From the human T2T-CHM13v2.0 reference genome, Homo sapiens: a stretch of DNA of 64,000 bases. A model generated the notes under the pieces. The model saw only the letters and a list, made by a program, of their open reading frames with translations. It ran no database searches and was not told the origin of the DNA. The stretch is taken from NCBI RefSeq assembly GCF_009914755.1, contig NC_060925.1. One strand, given 5' to 3'. Shown piece after piece: positions 33,548-51,565 of this stretch (the first letter of the stretch is position 1; each line of letters starts with the position of its first letter). The translations under genes were made by a program, and so were the position numbers.

Positions 33548-34846
33548 GTATGGTTGAATCAGTATCATTTACCATTTATATATTTATGTTAATAGAAACA
33601 TTAGGAGTGAACCAGGTGATATGAGCTCTTGGACTTCCTGTGCTGATGCATTATGTAAGTGTCCCATTCTAGCCCACACAAAGAAATATTTGACCTGTTC
33701 AGCTTTTTCTTTTGTGATGGTAAGATGATGTGTTTGATCTGTATGATTTATTGTACAGCTGTTCCTCCCGAGGAAATCTAATTTAACCTGTTGAAATATG
33801 ACATAAACACAGCCTCCATCTCAGATACCATGCTTCTTTGTCAACTAGATTGTGCCTATTACATTTGTTGAAAGGTTTTTACAGTCCTATAGGATTTCAA
33901 AACCAGTAATGTACCAGTTACTTAATTATTTGAAAGAGCATCTAAAGCATTAATATAAATTCCAAGTTGTGATTTTCTTTCTAAACTTTCCTCATGGTAT
34001 TGTTTGCCTGACCATGGCCATCTCTCAAAACACATCCCTTAACTCTCAGAATAAATGTTCCTAGTTAATAGTCACTACCTTAGTCACATGGCGTTGATCA
34101 CAAATAAGAGATATTTATTTATTGATGTATATCTTTATAGCTTCAGAGTAGTATAAAAACATAATTGCCTTAAAACTCCAAGAGAAAGTATGAAATACAT
34201 GAAAGTTAAATTGTTCTAATTTTTTTGAGCTTACACCTATTTTTACTTTTCTTCTGATGCAAGAGACAGCCCCATGGCTATATAGGCTAGATTCTAACTA
34301 AAAGATGGTATCTAAGACTAAACTAACTTTTCATCTTTTTTCTTCATTCCCATCCATGACCTTGCTTTCAACTTTTATATATATATATATTTTTTTCTTT
34401 ACATTTCCCCACAGCTTGCTTCTTGACCCAGAGTCTTTTTCATCCTGATCTTTTAAAGTTTTGATAGTGTCTGTGCTTTAGAGCATCCTTGTTTGTTTCA
34501 AGTTTGTATTGGCAAAGCTACTGTTGCCTTCCCTTTTTCGTAATTCTTCATCTTATTCAAATCTAATCTGAAAATTGAAGAACATTGTCAGGGAAAACTT
34601 TTGTCTTTTATTGTTAGCATATTGTTGTAACTCTGGATTTTCAAATTTAAATATCTTTTATTGAAAAATGTTGATTTGCTAACTTGTTCTGCTATGACTT
34701 TCCTGTGATTTTCATTCTGTAGAATTTTCTGTACAACAATCAACCAGAATTAGAAAATGTTTACCCATTTATTTTTATCATTTTATCTTTTCAAATCTAA
34801 ACACAATTCCTGTAATTTTTTTTTTTATTTAAGAAACCGATAATGA

Positions 34847-36010
<1,164 letters not shown>

Positions 36011-36257
36011 TGCAACAACAGGCAAATCCAAATAGTGCAGTAGGATAGCATTATCAAGTTTTTTAAAAAGTTTTGCTGTACTCCTGTAACAATTTTAAAA
36101 TAATTGGGGGAAAAAGATGAAGGAAGAAGACAGAAGGAGAACTATATCAAAAAATATATTATTAACAGATGTACTGAAATTATAGGCTTCTTCTGAAATT
36201 TATATATCAGAACCTAGAAATAAGGTTTTGTCTGGGGAATAAAAATTTCTACCTTGA

Positions 36258-37472
<1,215 letters not shown>

Positions 37473-38479
37473 TAAGTTGACGTTTACCCCTAGCAAATTT
37501 TCATCAGTGTGCAATATTTTTTTCTAATGTAAAAATAGCCTAAAATGGTGGGACAAAGTTTTCCCTAATTCTTCATACAATAAATGAAGCCTCTGAAGAG
37601 GCTTGCTTTTTCTTCTTCGGTATTCTTTCAGATTTTTACATGGGGTCTGTGTGTGTGTGTTTAATGGAAGTATATGCCATGGAATAGACTTGGTAGTTAC
37701 ATTGGAAAATATTTAGCAAGCATGTCCATTGAAAACATTACAGATCAAAATAGTTTGTAAAAGAGACTTATTGGGAAATAATGGACAAAGAGAATGGAAA
37801 GCACATTCAGATAGACCTAGATTTGAACATCTGTTGTGTCATTTACTAGCTGTATGAAAAATTAGTTTCTTGGTCTGTTTGCTCATCTGTAAATGGAACT
37901 ATTAATAGCTTCTCTTGCTCAATTGTTATTTGTTTTAAAGATAATGTGTATAAAGCATTTATCACAGTACATGACATATAATTGGTACTCAGTAAATAGT
38001 ACCCATATGTAGAGATTGAAAATGTGCCACTGAGATTTAGAGAGCATCTTTTAGTATTTCTACTACCCATCTTTGATTGATGTATACTCCCTGGAAAATG
38101 AAGTCATTTAACATGAAGAGGAATGGGTAATAACCTTGTTTTTACCACAAAACTTTGTTCTCAAATATTCCTAAGTAAATGTGGCTCTAAATTTAAAAGC
38201 ACATTGGAGATTTGGAAAGAGGGTAGAAGTAGAAATGTAGTAAAAAATTTAGAAATATATTTCTATAGAGTGTTGCTTGGCCCAGCACCCTACTTCAAAT
38301 CATTTCAAGTATCTTATTAGACATCATCCAAAACTTATATTAAGCTAGGAGAAACATTGATCTCTGTCACTGAGCTGCATAAACCTACCATAGAACATCA
38401 CTTATTTTATCATTTTGTCCTTTTTAGCCTTAAAAAGGAAAAAATAATCCCTGAAATTTGACTTTTAAAAATTTATAAC

Positions 38480-39222
38480 ATTTTCCAAAAATGTTACATA
38501 ACATGTTAAAACATTTCCATTGAAGTACAACACAAATAGTAATTATATGATTTCTTGAGTATTCACATATGAATGTCCTGATGTAATCACTACCCAAGCC
38601 AAGAAATAGGTCATTACAAGTAAACTAGAAGCCCCATATATATCCCCTCCTAATCAGCACCTCTTTCCAAAATTAATATTATATTAGCACAGATTAGTTC
38701 TGTCATTTTTTTTCCAGTATATATTCTTGGTGTCCAGTTTATTTCATGCAATATTATACTTTTGAGTCATTTGTGTTGTTGCATATAGCTGTAGTTCATT
38801 CTTTTATTGCTGTATAGTATTCCATTATATAAATATACCATTTATTTATGCTAATGGACATTTAGACTATTTCCAATTTGGGGCTATTATGAACAATATT
38901 CTTAGGAACTTTCTCGTATTTATCTCTCTGCTAATATGCGTATGTATTTCTGAAGTATCTAGGACTGGGAATGGTGGGTTATCGTATATGCATATATGCA
39001 ACTATACTAGATAATGCCAAACAGTTTTCCAAAGTGGTTGTACCGGTTTACAGTTCCACTACTACTATATGGGAGTTTCCTTGATTCCATGTCCTCCCTG
39101 GTACTTGATATAGTTAGTTTTAGCCATTCTGGTAGTATTGGTTTATGATTATAATACATTACTGTGATGATTAATAAATTCAGCACTATTTTATTTGCTT
39201 ATTGACCACTTGGATAATCTCT
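38480..39222 (-). mobile_element. Old L1ME-like 3' region
   Basis: tattgctgtatagtattccatt; ttttccaaagtggttgtacc. Confidence 0.75.
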
Positions 39223-39224
39223 TA

Positions 39225-42200
39225 GGTCAGGTCTGCAGATCTCTCAGCCATGGATACCAGCACCTGCTCTGGTGGAGATGGCAGGGGGGTGAAATGGATT
39301 CTGTGAGGATCCTTGCTTTTGGTTGTTTAATGTACTATTTTTGTGCTGGTTAGCCTCCTGCCAGAAGGTGGCACTTTCAAGAGAGCATCAGTTGTGGTAG
39401 TATAGGGAGGATCAGGCTGTGGGTAGGGCCGTAGAACTCCCAAGAATATATGCCCTTTGTCTTCAGCTACCGGAGTGGGTAGGGAAGGACCGTCATGGGG
39501 GCAGGGCTATGTGCGTCTGAACTCAAGACTCCTTGGGCAGGGCTTGCTGTGGCTGTTGTGGGGGATGGGAGTGTGGTTCCCAGGTCAGTGGAGCTATTCC
39601 AGGAAGATTATGGCTGCCTCTGCTGTGTCATGCAGGTTGTCAGGGAAGTGGGGGAAAGCTGGTGGCAGGCCTCACCCAGCTCCCATGCAACCCAAAAGAC
39701 CAGTTTCACTCCCACCATGTCCCTTCAAACAGCACCAAGTTTGTTTACAGGCAGTGGGCAGGAAGGGCTGAGAACTTGCCCCAGGCTACCAGCCTCTCAC
39801 CTGTGAGAACAAGTAGGGCTTTCACATCTCCCAGCCTGTGGAGTCTGCACACCAGATTCACACCCTCCCTTGAGTTCTGGCCAGGAGACTTCCTGTTCAT
39901 TTGGAATTGTTACAAAGTTCAGCTGGCCTATCATATGGTCTATCTCGGAGACTGTTCCATGTGCTGATGAATAGAATGTATATCCTGCTGTTGTTGGGTA
40001 GAATGTTCTGTAAATATCTGTTAAATCCATTTGTTCTAGGGTATAATCAAAATTATATCAAATATTCTCTCAGACCACAGTGGAATTTTTTAATTTCTAC
40101 TTAGATTTCATTGTTGACCTAGTGATCATTCAGGAACAGGTCTTGATGACCTGTCTAGTGCTGTCAGTGGAGTACTGAAGTCCCCCACTATTATTGTGTT
40201 GCTTTCTATCTCATTTCTTAGGTCTCGTAGTAACTGTTTTATAAATTTGGGAGCTCCAGGTTTAGATGCATATTTATTTAGGATTGTCACATTTTCCTAT
40301 TGGACTAGTCCTTTTATCATTGTATAATGTCCCTCTTTGTCTTTTTAAACTGCTGTTGCTTTAAAGTTTGTTTTGTCTGATATAAGAATAGCTACTTCTC
40401 ACTTTTGGTGTCCATTTGCATGGAATATGTTTTTCCACCCTTTACCTTAAGTTTATGTGAATCCTTATGTGTCAGGTGAGTCCCTTGAAAAGCAGATACT
40501 TGGTTGGTGAATTCGTATTAATTTTGCCATTCTGTATTTTTTAAGTGGAGCATTTAGGCCATTTACATTCAATGTTAGTATTGAGATGTGAGGTACTATT
40601 CTATTCATCGTGCTATTTGTTGCCTGAACAGCTTTTTTTTTTTCATTGTCTTATTGTTTTATAGGTCCTGTGAGATTTATGCTTTAAAGAGATTCTATTT
40701 TGGTATTATTTCCAGGATTTGTTTCAAGATTTATCGCTCCTTTAGCAGTTCTTGTAGTGCTGACTTGGTAGTGGTGAATTCTCTCAGAATTTGTTTGTCT
40801 GAAAAAGACTATCTTTCCTTCATTTATGAACCTTAGTTTCGCTGGATACAAAATTCTTGGCTGACAGTTGTTTTGTTTAAGGAGGCTAAAGATAGGACTC
40901 CAATGTCTTCTAGCTTATAGGGTTTCTGCTGAGAAATCTGCTGTTAATCTGATAGGCTTTCCTTTATAAGTTATCTGATGCTTTTGCCTCACTGCTCTTA
41001 AGATTCTTTCCTTCATCTTGACTTTCGATAACCTGATGACTATGTGCCGGGGCAATGATCTTTTTATGATGAGTTTCCCAGGTGTTCTTTGAGCTTCTTG
41101 TATTTGGATGTGTAGGTCTCTAGCAAGGCTGGAGAAGTTTTCCTTGATTATTCCCTCAAATATGTTTTCCAAACTTTTAGATTTCTCTTCTTTCTCAGGA
41201 ACACCAATTATTCTTAGGTTTGTTTGTTTGACATAATCCCAAACTTCTTGGAGCCTTTGTTCATTTTTTAAATTCTTTTTTCTTTGTTGGACTGGGTTAA
41301 TTCAAAAGCCTTGTCTTGAAGCTCTGAAGTTCTTCTACTTGCTCAATTTTATTGCTGAGACTTTCCAGTGCATTTGCATTTCTCTAAGTACGTCCTTCAT
41401 TTCCCAAAGTTGTGATAGTTTTTTATTTATGCTATCTATTTCACTGGAGATTTTTCCATTCATATCCTGTATGATTTGTTTGATTTCTTTAAGTTGGGCC
41501 TCACCTTTCTCTGGTGCCTCCTTGATTAGCTTAATAATTGACCTTCTGAATCCTTTTTCTGGCAATTCTGAGATTTTGTCTTGGTTTGGATCCATTGCTG
41601 GTGAGCTAGTATGATGTTTTGGGTTGTTAAAGATCCTTGTTTTGTCATATTACTAGAATTGTTTTTCTGGTTCCTTCTCATTTGGGTAGACTGTGAGAAG
41701 GAAGATCTGGGACTCAAGGGCTGCTGTTTAGATTCTTTTGTCCCACAGGGTGCTCCCTTGATTTGGTGCTCTCCTCCTTCCCCTAGGGATGGGGCTTCCT
41801 GAGAGCCAAACTGCAGTGATTGTTATTGTTCTTGTGGATCTAGCCACCCAGCAGAGCTACCAGGCTTCTGGCGGGTACTAGGGAGTGTCTGCAAAGGGTC
41901 CTGTGATGTGATCCGTCTTCAGCTGTGGATACCAGCACCTGCTCCAGTGGAGGTACAGGGGAGTGAAGTGGACTCTGTGAGGGTCCTTAATTGTATTTTT
42001 TTTAAGTGCGCTGGTTTTGTGTTGGTTGGCCTTCAGCCAGGAGGTGGTGCTTTCAAGAGTGCATCAGCTGCAGTAGGATAGGGAGGATACAAGCTTGCTC
42101 TGGGGTCAGGCAGTGGGCAGGGCCATAGAGCTCCCAAGAGATTAAGTCCTTTGTCTTCGGCTACCAGGGCCAGTAGAGAAAGACCATCAGGTGGGGGTAC

Positions 42201-42600
42201 CATTGTGTGATTCCCAGGCCAATGGAGTTATGTTCCCAGGTGGATTATGGCTGACTCTGCTGCATCACACAGGTCACTAGGGAAGTGGGGGAAAGCTGGC
42301 AACCACAGGCCTCACCCAGCTTCCACACAGCCTGCAGCCTAAAAGGCCAGACTCACTCCCACCGTGCCCCCACAACAGCACCAAGTTTATTTCCAGGCAG
42401 CTGATGAGCAGGGCTGAGAACTTGCCCCAGGCTACAGGCCTCCCAGCTGAGAAAGCAAGCTGACTCACAGTTCCTTGCCTTTTCTGGTATGTTTCTGCGG
42501 TAGTTCTTGGAGCAAAAGTTCATGATGGGAGTCTCCACATGCCGCTCTGTCTGACCAAGTGGGAACTGCAAGTTAGTCCTGCCTCCTATCTGCTATTTTT
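39225..42600 (-). mobile_element. L1PB-like 5' fragment (5'UTR, ORF1, start of ORF2 endonuclease) plus a second 5'UTR piece; no 3' end
   Basis: ORF1 remnants (IQIQEAQRTP, RHIVIRLSK, GKPIRLTADFSAETL); ORF2 MDLTDIYRTFYP...IDHMIG. Confidence 0.9.
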
Positions 42601-43336
42601 TCCCAGACCTAACATTTATTTTTAATATTAAACCAACTTTGCATTCTTATAATAAACTCAACTTGATTGAGCTATAATAGCCTTTTTATATAATACTGGA
42701 TTTGGTCCTCTTAATATTTGCCTTAGAATTTTTGCACATATTTTCAGAATGAGTGACATTAGCGTATGAATTGGTCATGGTCTCATCATAAATCACATGG
42801 TACAAATTAAGTAATCTGAGGAAAGTTTAATTATAGGACTGTTTTCCAAAGCGTGAAAATGTGGTCAGAATGAAGGAAACCAAAGGAATGATACACTAAT
42901 CATAGTTTGAGAGCCCTCACCACCCCTAGACCTCAAGGAAAAAGGTAGGAGTGGACCACAAGGTCTTGTACCAAGGAAGTGCTGCTTGTAGTGGACCAAG
43001 TGGGAATGACTCTTCTGCACCGTCCAGTTTCTTATTCTTCATTGGCAAAACTGAGATAAAAGCCAGAGAGCAAGGAAGCCCATTGATGCAGCCCATACAG
43101 ATCAGCCTTCTGAAGTACAAAGACAGGTGGAAAAGGGTGAAAATTGTTCAGAATGAAGATACCTTGCACTGCCTATAATTTTCCTTTCTTGTAATATCGT
43201 TATCAGGTTTTGGTTGTAATCATTTGGTAAAACAAGTTGGGAAATGTTCCCTCCATTTCTGGAAGAATGTGTCTAAAATTAATGTTAGTTCTTTAAATGT
43301 TTAGAAGATCACTCATTGAACTATCTTTTCCTCTGA

Positions 43337-43669
<333 letters not shown>

Positions 43670-43737
43670 TGTGGGTAGTCAATTTTTAAAAACTTTTTGT
43701 TATGGAAATTTTCAGAAACACACAAAGATAGACTAAT

Positions 43738-43910
43738 ACAGTGCTTACTATACAATGTGTGGTCCATGGAACCAGCAGCGTCAACATCATCTAGAAGCCT
43801 GTTAGAAATGCAGACTCTTATCCCCACCCCATATTTACTGAATGAGAATTACTTTTTAACAAGATCCCCAGAAGATGAGCATGCACATTAACATTTGAGA
43901 AGCACTGTTG
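43738..43910. mobile_element. MER5A-like hAT MITE
   Basis: cagtg...gttagaaatgcag...tttgagaagcactg. Confidence 0.7.
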
Positions 43911-46275
43911 GGGTGTGGTGGTTTGGGTTTGGGTTTTGGTCTGCTCATTCCATCAGTCACTGAGAAAGATGAGTTAAAAATCTCTCACCTTAATTGTGGA
44001 TTGATTATTTCTACTTTTATTTCTGCAAATTTTACTTTTTGAGACCATGTTATTGGGTATAAATGTAAAATTGTTATGTCTTCCTGGTGAATTGAAACTC
44101 ATATCACTATGGAGCAACCTTTCTATTTGCTTTTTTTCTTTACAGTCTACTTTGCTGACATTAACATTCTTGTATTAATGTGGTCAAGGACAATCTGTCT
44201 AGATTGATAATCTTTGTCCTTTATATGGAGAATTTAATCTATTTGCATTTCATGTCACAATTGGTATACAGTATTTGGGTTTAAATCTACCATCTCACTC
44301 CTCTTTCTATGTGTCCCACTTATTCTGTCTTCCTTTTCTCTCTTGCTTTCTTTTGCATTGAATCATTATTCCATTTTTTAGCCTCTGTTAAATTGTTTTT
44401 ATATACTCTTTTACTGATCATTAAATGGTTACCCTAAGTGTTAAAACCTGAATCTTTGTCTTATTAAAGTCTAATGTAAGTTAATACTTTTATTGCTTCC
44501 TGGACAATTAGCACCTTAGCATGATTTAACTCCATCTATCCCTCTTGACTTATGTTCTGTTATTGGATATTTTTATTTTCTCTAAATTTCAAATATATTG
44601 CAAGATTATTTATAGCCAATACTCAGCTGGATTTATTCAATTAATTACTCTTTCATTGTTTTTCATTCCTTCTTCTATCCCCATTCTTCCATCTGAGATC
44701 ATTTGCCTTGTGCCTGAAGAATATACTTCTCTTAGTATCAGTTGATAAAGAATTTTCTCAGTTTTTCTTTGTCAGAAAATTATTTTACTTTCACTTTTGA
44801 AAGATATTTTTCTATATTGAATTTTAGATGAGCAGTTATTTTCTTTCAGCCCATTGAAAATATCATTCCCTTGTCTTTTGGCTTACATTTGTATCTCTTA
44901 TTGCTACTCCTTTGAAAGTATTGTGTTTTCTTCCTCTAGCTTCTTTTAAGGTTTTTTTTTGTAAGTTTTGGAATGTTCCCAGTTATCTCTTAGATATTGC
45001 TTCTATTCCATTCTGCCTCTTCTCTTTAGTCTTTTTTTTTACTGTATCTTGTAGGTCTCTTAATCTCCTTTGTGCTTTACATTATGTGTTTGGGGAGTGG
45101 TGACTGTGCTTCATTCTGGATATTTTCTTATTCAGCATTCTCTCTTCAGCCATTTCTACTATGCTTTTATGTCTACCCATTAGTTCTTACTTTTAAATAC
45201 CGTATTTTTCTATTCTAGGGTTTTCATTTTGTTATTTTATGTAGTTTCCAATTATCTGTCAAAAATTTTCAACCTCATAATTTTTCTTTGAATATATTAA
45301 ACATGTATTTTAAATAATGCTGATAACTTCATTATTTAGATTCCCTGAGGATTGATCTCTGTAGGCTGTTTCAGATTTTTATCATATTGTCTTGTTTTAT
45401 TATATGCCAAACATTGTATATTAAAAATTACAGAGATAACTGGAGACTCAGGATGATGTTATCTTCCTCTAGAATAGATTTATATTTGCTTCTGACATGA
45501 TTTGTAGCAGTTCCATGTCACTGTAATGTAATCAGAGATTAAGATGATTTCAAGGTGGGATTCACTCCCTGAAAGAACTAGTCTATTTCCTATTCTTACT
45601 GTTATTCCTAGAGTATGGTCTTTCCAAGTCCTGGTCTCATACTTGGGGAAGGTTGCCCATACCCCTGCCTTCTTGAAGGATACCCTGAACTCTTTTTATT
45701 AGAAAAACTGCTCAATTTCTCAATATCTAATTAGAAAATTAGTGCTCTATCTGTAATTACCTTCTCCAGGATCTCAGACTGTAATTCTTTATAGCCTCGT
45801 TAGCTCTCTGATGCTAACAAATGTGTTTCAAACAAATGTGGATTGTTTTCCCCCAACTTTTTTCAGTTCTCAGAGAGAGAGTCGGTTTGAATTATCTTGT
45901 CTGCCATTTCTAGAATGGTTAGGGGTCAAATGACATAATGACTGAACTCCTCATAATATATTTATAGTATTTGCTAATTTTAATATTTTAATCCCCTACA
46001 TTTGTACAGCACTTAGCAGTTTACAAAATCTTTTTGTTTACATTTTATTATTTAATAAAGGAGGTATTAATATCCCAATTATAAAGATGAGAAAACTGAC
46101 TCTCCAAAGAGGGCAAATGACTCAAAGAAGTTCACAACAGCCTAACAACTGAGTTGATACTCAAATTTAAATCTAATTCTCAAGTCTAGTTATTTTCCTA
46201 CTGTGCCACAGATACAAACTTTTGTGTTTTAATGTTTATTGTTCTGCTTATCAAAGAAAGAATGTAAACTTATGA

Positions 46276-46392
<117 letters not shown>

Positions 46393-47449
46393 TAAGTATG
46401 TAATTGCCATTCCAGCTTTGTAGTAGTTTTAAATTAACTTGACATTTAAGCTCATAATGTGTAAGTATTATCCTCAGATTTTGAACATTTTGAAAAATAA
46501 TGTGAAAAGTTTACATGGATTTCTTCACTTAAGAAATTTGGATTTTTAAGATATTTTATCCAAGAAATACAAATTTTTGTGTAGAGGACACAGAGGCACA
46601 TCATAAAGAGGAAGGTTGAGATTGTGGGTTTAGAAGACCAAACTACCTTACTCCCACCTAATCAGTGAAGTCAGGGAAAAAATATCAAAGCTAGACCCAT
46701 TTAAATACTGATTTGCGGTAAATGTGTCACAGCAGTTTCAGATGCAAATAAGATGTTATTACAAAGTTTTAAGGGTCTGTTAAGTCACTCTGCATGCATA
46801 TCCTTAGAACCATTTCACACTCAGCAACATGAGTTTTTGTTCAACTCAACGTTGCACTTTAGCTTTAAACTTCCCGTGGTGGAAATTATTGTTCTTGTAA
46901 TTAGCCCAGTCATAAATGACATTTAAAAATTGCTATCTTGGTTTTTCTTTCAAAAAGAACTTGAAGGTTTTTTTTTCCCAGAGGTATGAGGGCTGTGTTG
47001 AACTTTTCAACCTGCATTTTCTTATTTTAGCAGAAAACATGGAAAAGTGTGTCAGTCATTATTTAAGGGTTGTGAATATGAAGTTTTATTTTGTAGCAGT
47101 TTGAAAATACAGAAAACATTTCACATTAACCAAGGCATAAAGAAGAGTGAAGACAAAACTAATTATGGTATAGGAGTTTTTTGTTGTTTGTTTATGAAAG
47201 CTGTTGGGTTTTTTTCTCATTATCAAAGTTAGACCTTTTTTGGTTTTTTATTTGAACCAACCAATTGTAAAAAGTGTTTATTTCAGAGTATCAGAGGAAA
47301 TAAAATATGTTGTATATTAGATGACACTAAGGAATTGTTAATTTGGATGGTTATGATCATTTTATTGTGATTATATAAGAAAGTGCCTTTGTATTTAGAG
47401 ATAAAAATGGAAACAGTTAGGGGTCAAATGACATGACGACAGGGATTTA

Positions 47450-48165
<716 letters not shown>

Positions 48166-49256
48166 CTGAAGGGAATGAAAAATGAAGCAAAGGTAGCAAA
48201 AATTAAGAAATTGAATCTGGAAATAGATATATGGGATTATTACTATTCTTTCTATTTTGGAACATGTGTGAAACTTTTTATACTATCACACTGGTCTTAA
48301 AAAGAAGCTTAAAAAAATAAAGTAACACATACTTTAGAAAATGAGGCAGTACAAAATGGTTTAAAGAAGGAAGTAAAAATTACCTGTAATCCCACCACTC
48401 AACAATAACTACTATTAATATTTTGATGTATATCCCTGACATATATATGGCATATGTATATTCATTCTATTTGGTTCTCTCTGTGGATAAACCTAGAAGG
48501 AATGAAATATGCTTGATATATATGAAGTACAATGGTATTATATAATACATGTTTTTATAAAAATAGGATAATACTATGTACATTTTTCACTTCACATCTA
48601 TCATGAATATCTTTTTATATTAAAAAATAGATTCACATTATTTTAAATGTCTTATTCTATTAAATGGGTATAGCATAATTTATCTAACCAATCACCTATT
48701 GATACACATTTGTTTCTGATTTTTCACTACTAAAGCTATTTCTGCAACAAGCATATTTTTTATGTTCATCTGATTATTTCCTTAGATTAAATTTTTTTCA
48801 TAGTAAAACTGTTGGGTCAAACACATTTAAACTGTTAATATATATTGTCAAATTGCTTCCTAAAAAGGTACTAATTTTCACTCCCACCATGGGGATTTAG
48901 TAAGGAAGAATATACCACACTCTCAGATTGGACCATTTTGGGGGCAGTTGTGTTCTTTCCATCTTGGTCTAATATTTGAAAATAAACAGGTAAGTAAAAC
49001 TAGGGACAAGAATTTAAATAGCTGCCAAAATGATTTTGTGTTTCAGTGCTTCACACTCAGTAACAGACTACAAAGTGGAGTGTGGGGTTACTATGAATGT
49101 TTCCTTATGAGTTCTCACCAATCATAACCTAGGTTAACCTTTAAATCATGACTGCTTCCATCTAAATGCCATTATTAGCTATGGAAAATTCAGATCTAGG
49201 CATGACCCAAAAAAAGTTTCCATATAATTTTGTTTTAAAATAAATGTAATTTTTAA

Positions 49257-49427
<171 letters not shown>

Positions 49428-51565
49428 TAAGTGACTTACCTTTCAATGTCACAGATCTAAATACAGTATTCTATTTTCTCCTCCACTAAACAACATTATT
49501 TCTCTCTTCTATTGAATGCAACCTTTATTTGCTCAAGCCATTATATATTTCACTTTGGATAGTTTATTTACGGAATAGCCTAAAATTGAGAAGGAAAATT
49601 ATATCTATGATGCAAAGCCAGTAATACTATGGGTTTAAGTGAAATAGTAAATATATATTGGCTGACCCACACTGCACCAGGCACTATGGGTAATGTAAAA
49701 GAAACATAGTGCCACCCTAAAGGAAGAACTCTCCTCTGTGAAGATCATGTGAGTACAGTAAACAGTACAAGACAGTGGGCAATTTAATATTGAATTACAC
49801 AGAACAGACTTAAAGTGCTAAGAACTATAAAGAAAGGGAGAATAGAGAATTGATATCAATTGTGAGTGAAACTGTTGTGATTTTTCCTAAAACTATCAAG
49901 ATAAAAATACTCACTCAGGCTAAGACTAGGTTCTCTCTACCAAGAAGCATAGCAATAAGCCTCTAAATGGCTTATTAGTAGAGGTGTACCAAATACACAT
50001 TTCAGCCAAATGCCAGTGACCAAATATTAAAATTAACATTTGCCTGTGGCTGATGTTGCACTGACACAGAATAAACTTCTAGGGTGGAAGAATTAATTCA
50101 TCCAAGAAATTTATCATATATATTTATTATTATAGTCTATTGTTGTCAACAATAGCAGTCAGATTTTAGAAGTGTAAAATTACAGTACAGGAACAGTTTC
50201 TTGGCATAGTCAGCTGTTAGATTTCTCTTGCAGTCACATACTGTACATTAGTAACACCTAATAGACATCATTTTAAACTGGCAAATTTAAAAACATCAGT
50301 AACCTTTTTGTATGCCAAAAGTAATTCAGGAAAAAGTTTTTCAGTAAGTCTTTTACTAGAAAGAGCTTTGTATCTAGAATTCATAGTTTAAGGCAAACCT
50401 CAAAAATTATTTGTCTTCAAAGAATTGTCTTCAGCTGCTGAAAAGGATAATTTGTAATAATTTACATTAAACTATCAAACCTTCATAGATTCCAAACTAT
50501 AGATGTCTTAAAACATTCTTCTAGAGTCTTCTGTAGTGAACTTTGAGTAAACAAAATGTACTTGGGATATCTCAGTTTTCTCTAAGTTTTATCTTAACAC
50601 TTTTTTATATCATGATTAGATATTATATTGGATTATTATATATCTGTTGTTTATATATAATTTAGGAATTTTTCCAACTCATGATAGTTTGAGGGGACAT
50701 TGATTTTCATTCATCGTCAATTCCCCAACAGAAATTTAAATACAGGTCTTCAAGGTTATTTTCTTTAATGTTGTGACTACTAGTAGGTAATACATTTCTG
50801 CAAAGTTTGAGTTATTATAAAATCTAATGTCTATTATTCTGTTTTAGATTATTTAAATTTTTATTAACCTATTCCCAAGATATGTTCTTGAGAAAGTAAT
50901 CTAGTGTATTCAATGTTTGTATTAACTATCATTCTGTTTTCCTAAATAATTGAAAGTTATTACTGATTGTTTTATACTTAAAATTAAGCTTTCACAGGCA
51001 TCATTAATTATTGTGGTATTTTACACTTCAGTTGGCTGATAAAACAAGCACATAAAGACATTTTTACTTCATTTTATCTAGGATGTTTATATTTGAAAGT
51101 GAATGTTTAGGTAATGATAAACTGAATGATATGATTGTTCTAATTACTAAGATTTTTACCCTCATTAGGTGTCATGAAAACTATGCAATTTGAAGATTAT
51201 TGATCACTCACAAGTTCAGGGATGTCAATCCTCAGATTGGCCTTGGCCTTTGCCAAAAGAGGATTTGAGCAAAATAACAAGTCCAAAGCTGAACTTGTCT
51301 GCATGCTGTGTGTCCTGTTAGTAATGACGAGAGACATTTTTTAGATACACTGTCTTATACCTATCACAGAACCATGCATCCAAAAGGAGATAAAAAGTAT
51401 TTAACAACTGTCTACACTGATGATAAAGTTTAAATAGATATACATAGTATGGAAACACTGAAGTTTAGGATTTGTTCAGGATTTACCAGGGAGTGAATAT
51501 CATCATACTAACATAAAGTCGAGTGAGGGAAGATGAAGGTCAGATCAGGCAGAGGCTGATCATTG

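Noticed and set aside
40915-41717. L1 ORF1-like ORFs as a functional protein
   Set aside because: Fragmented across frames with stops; element lacks most of ORF2 and its 3' end
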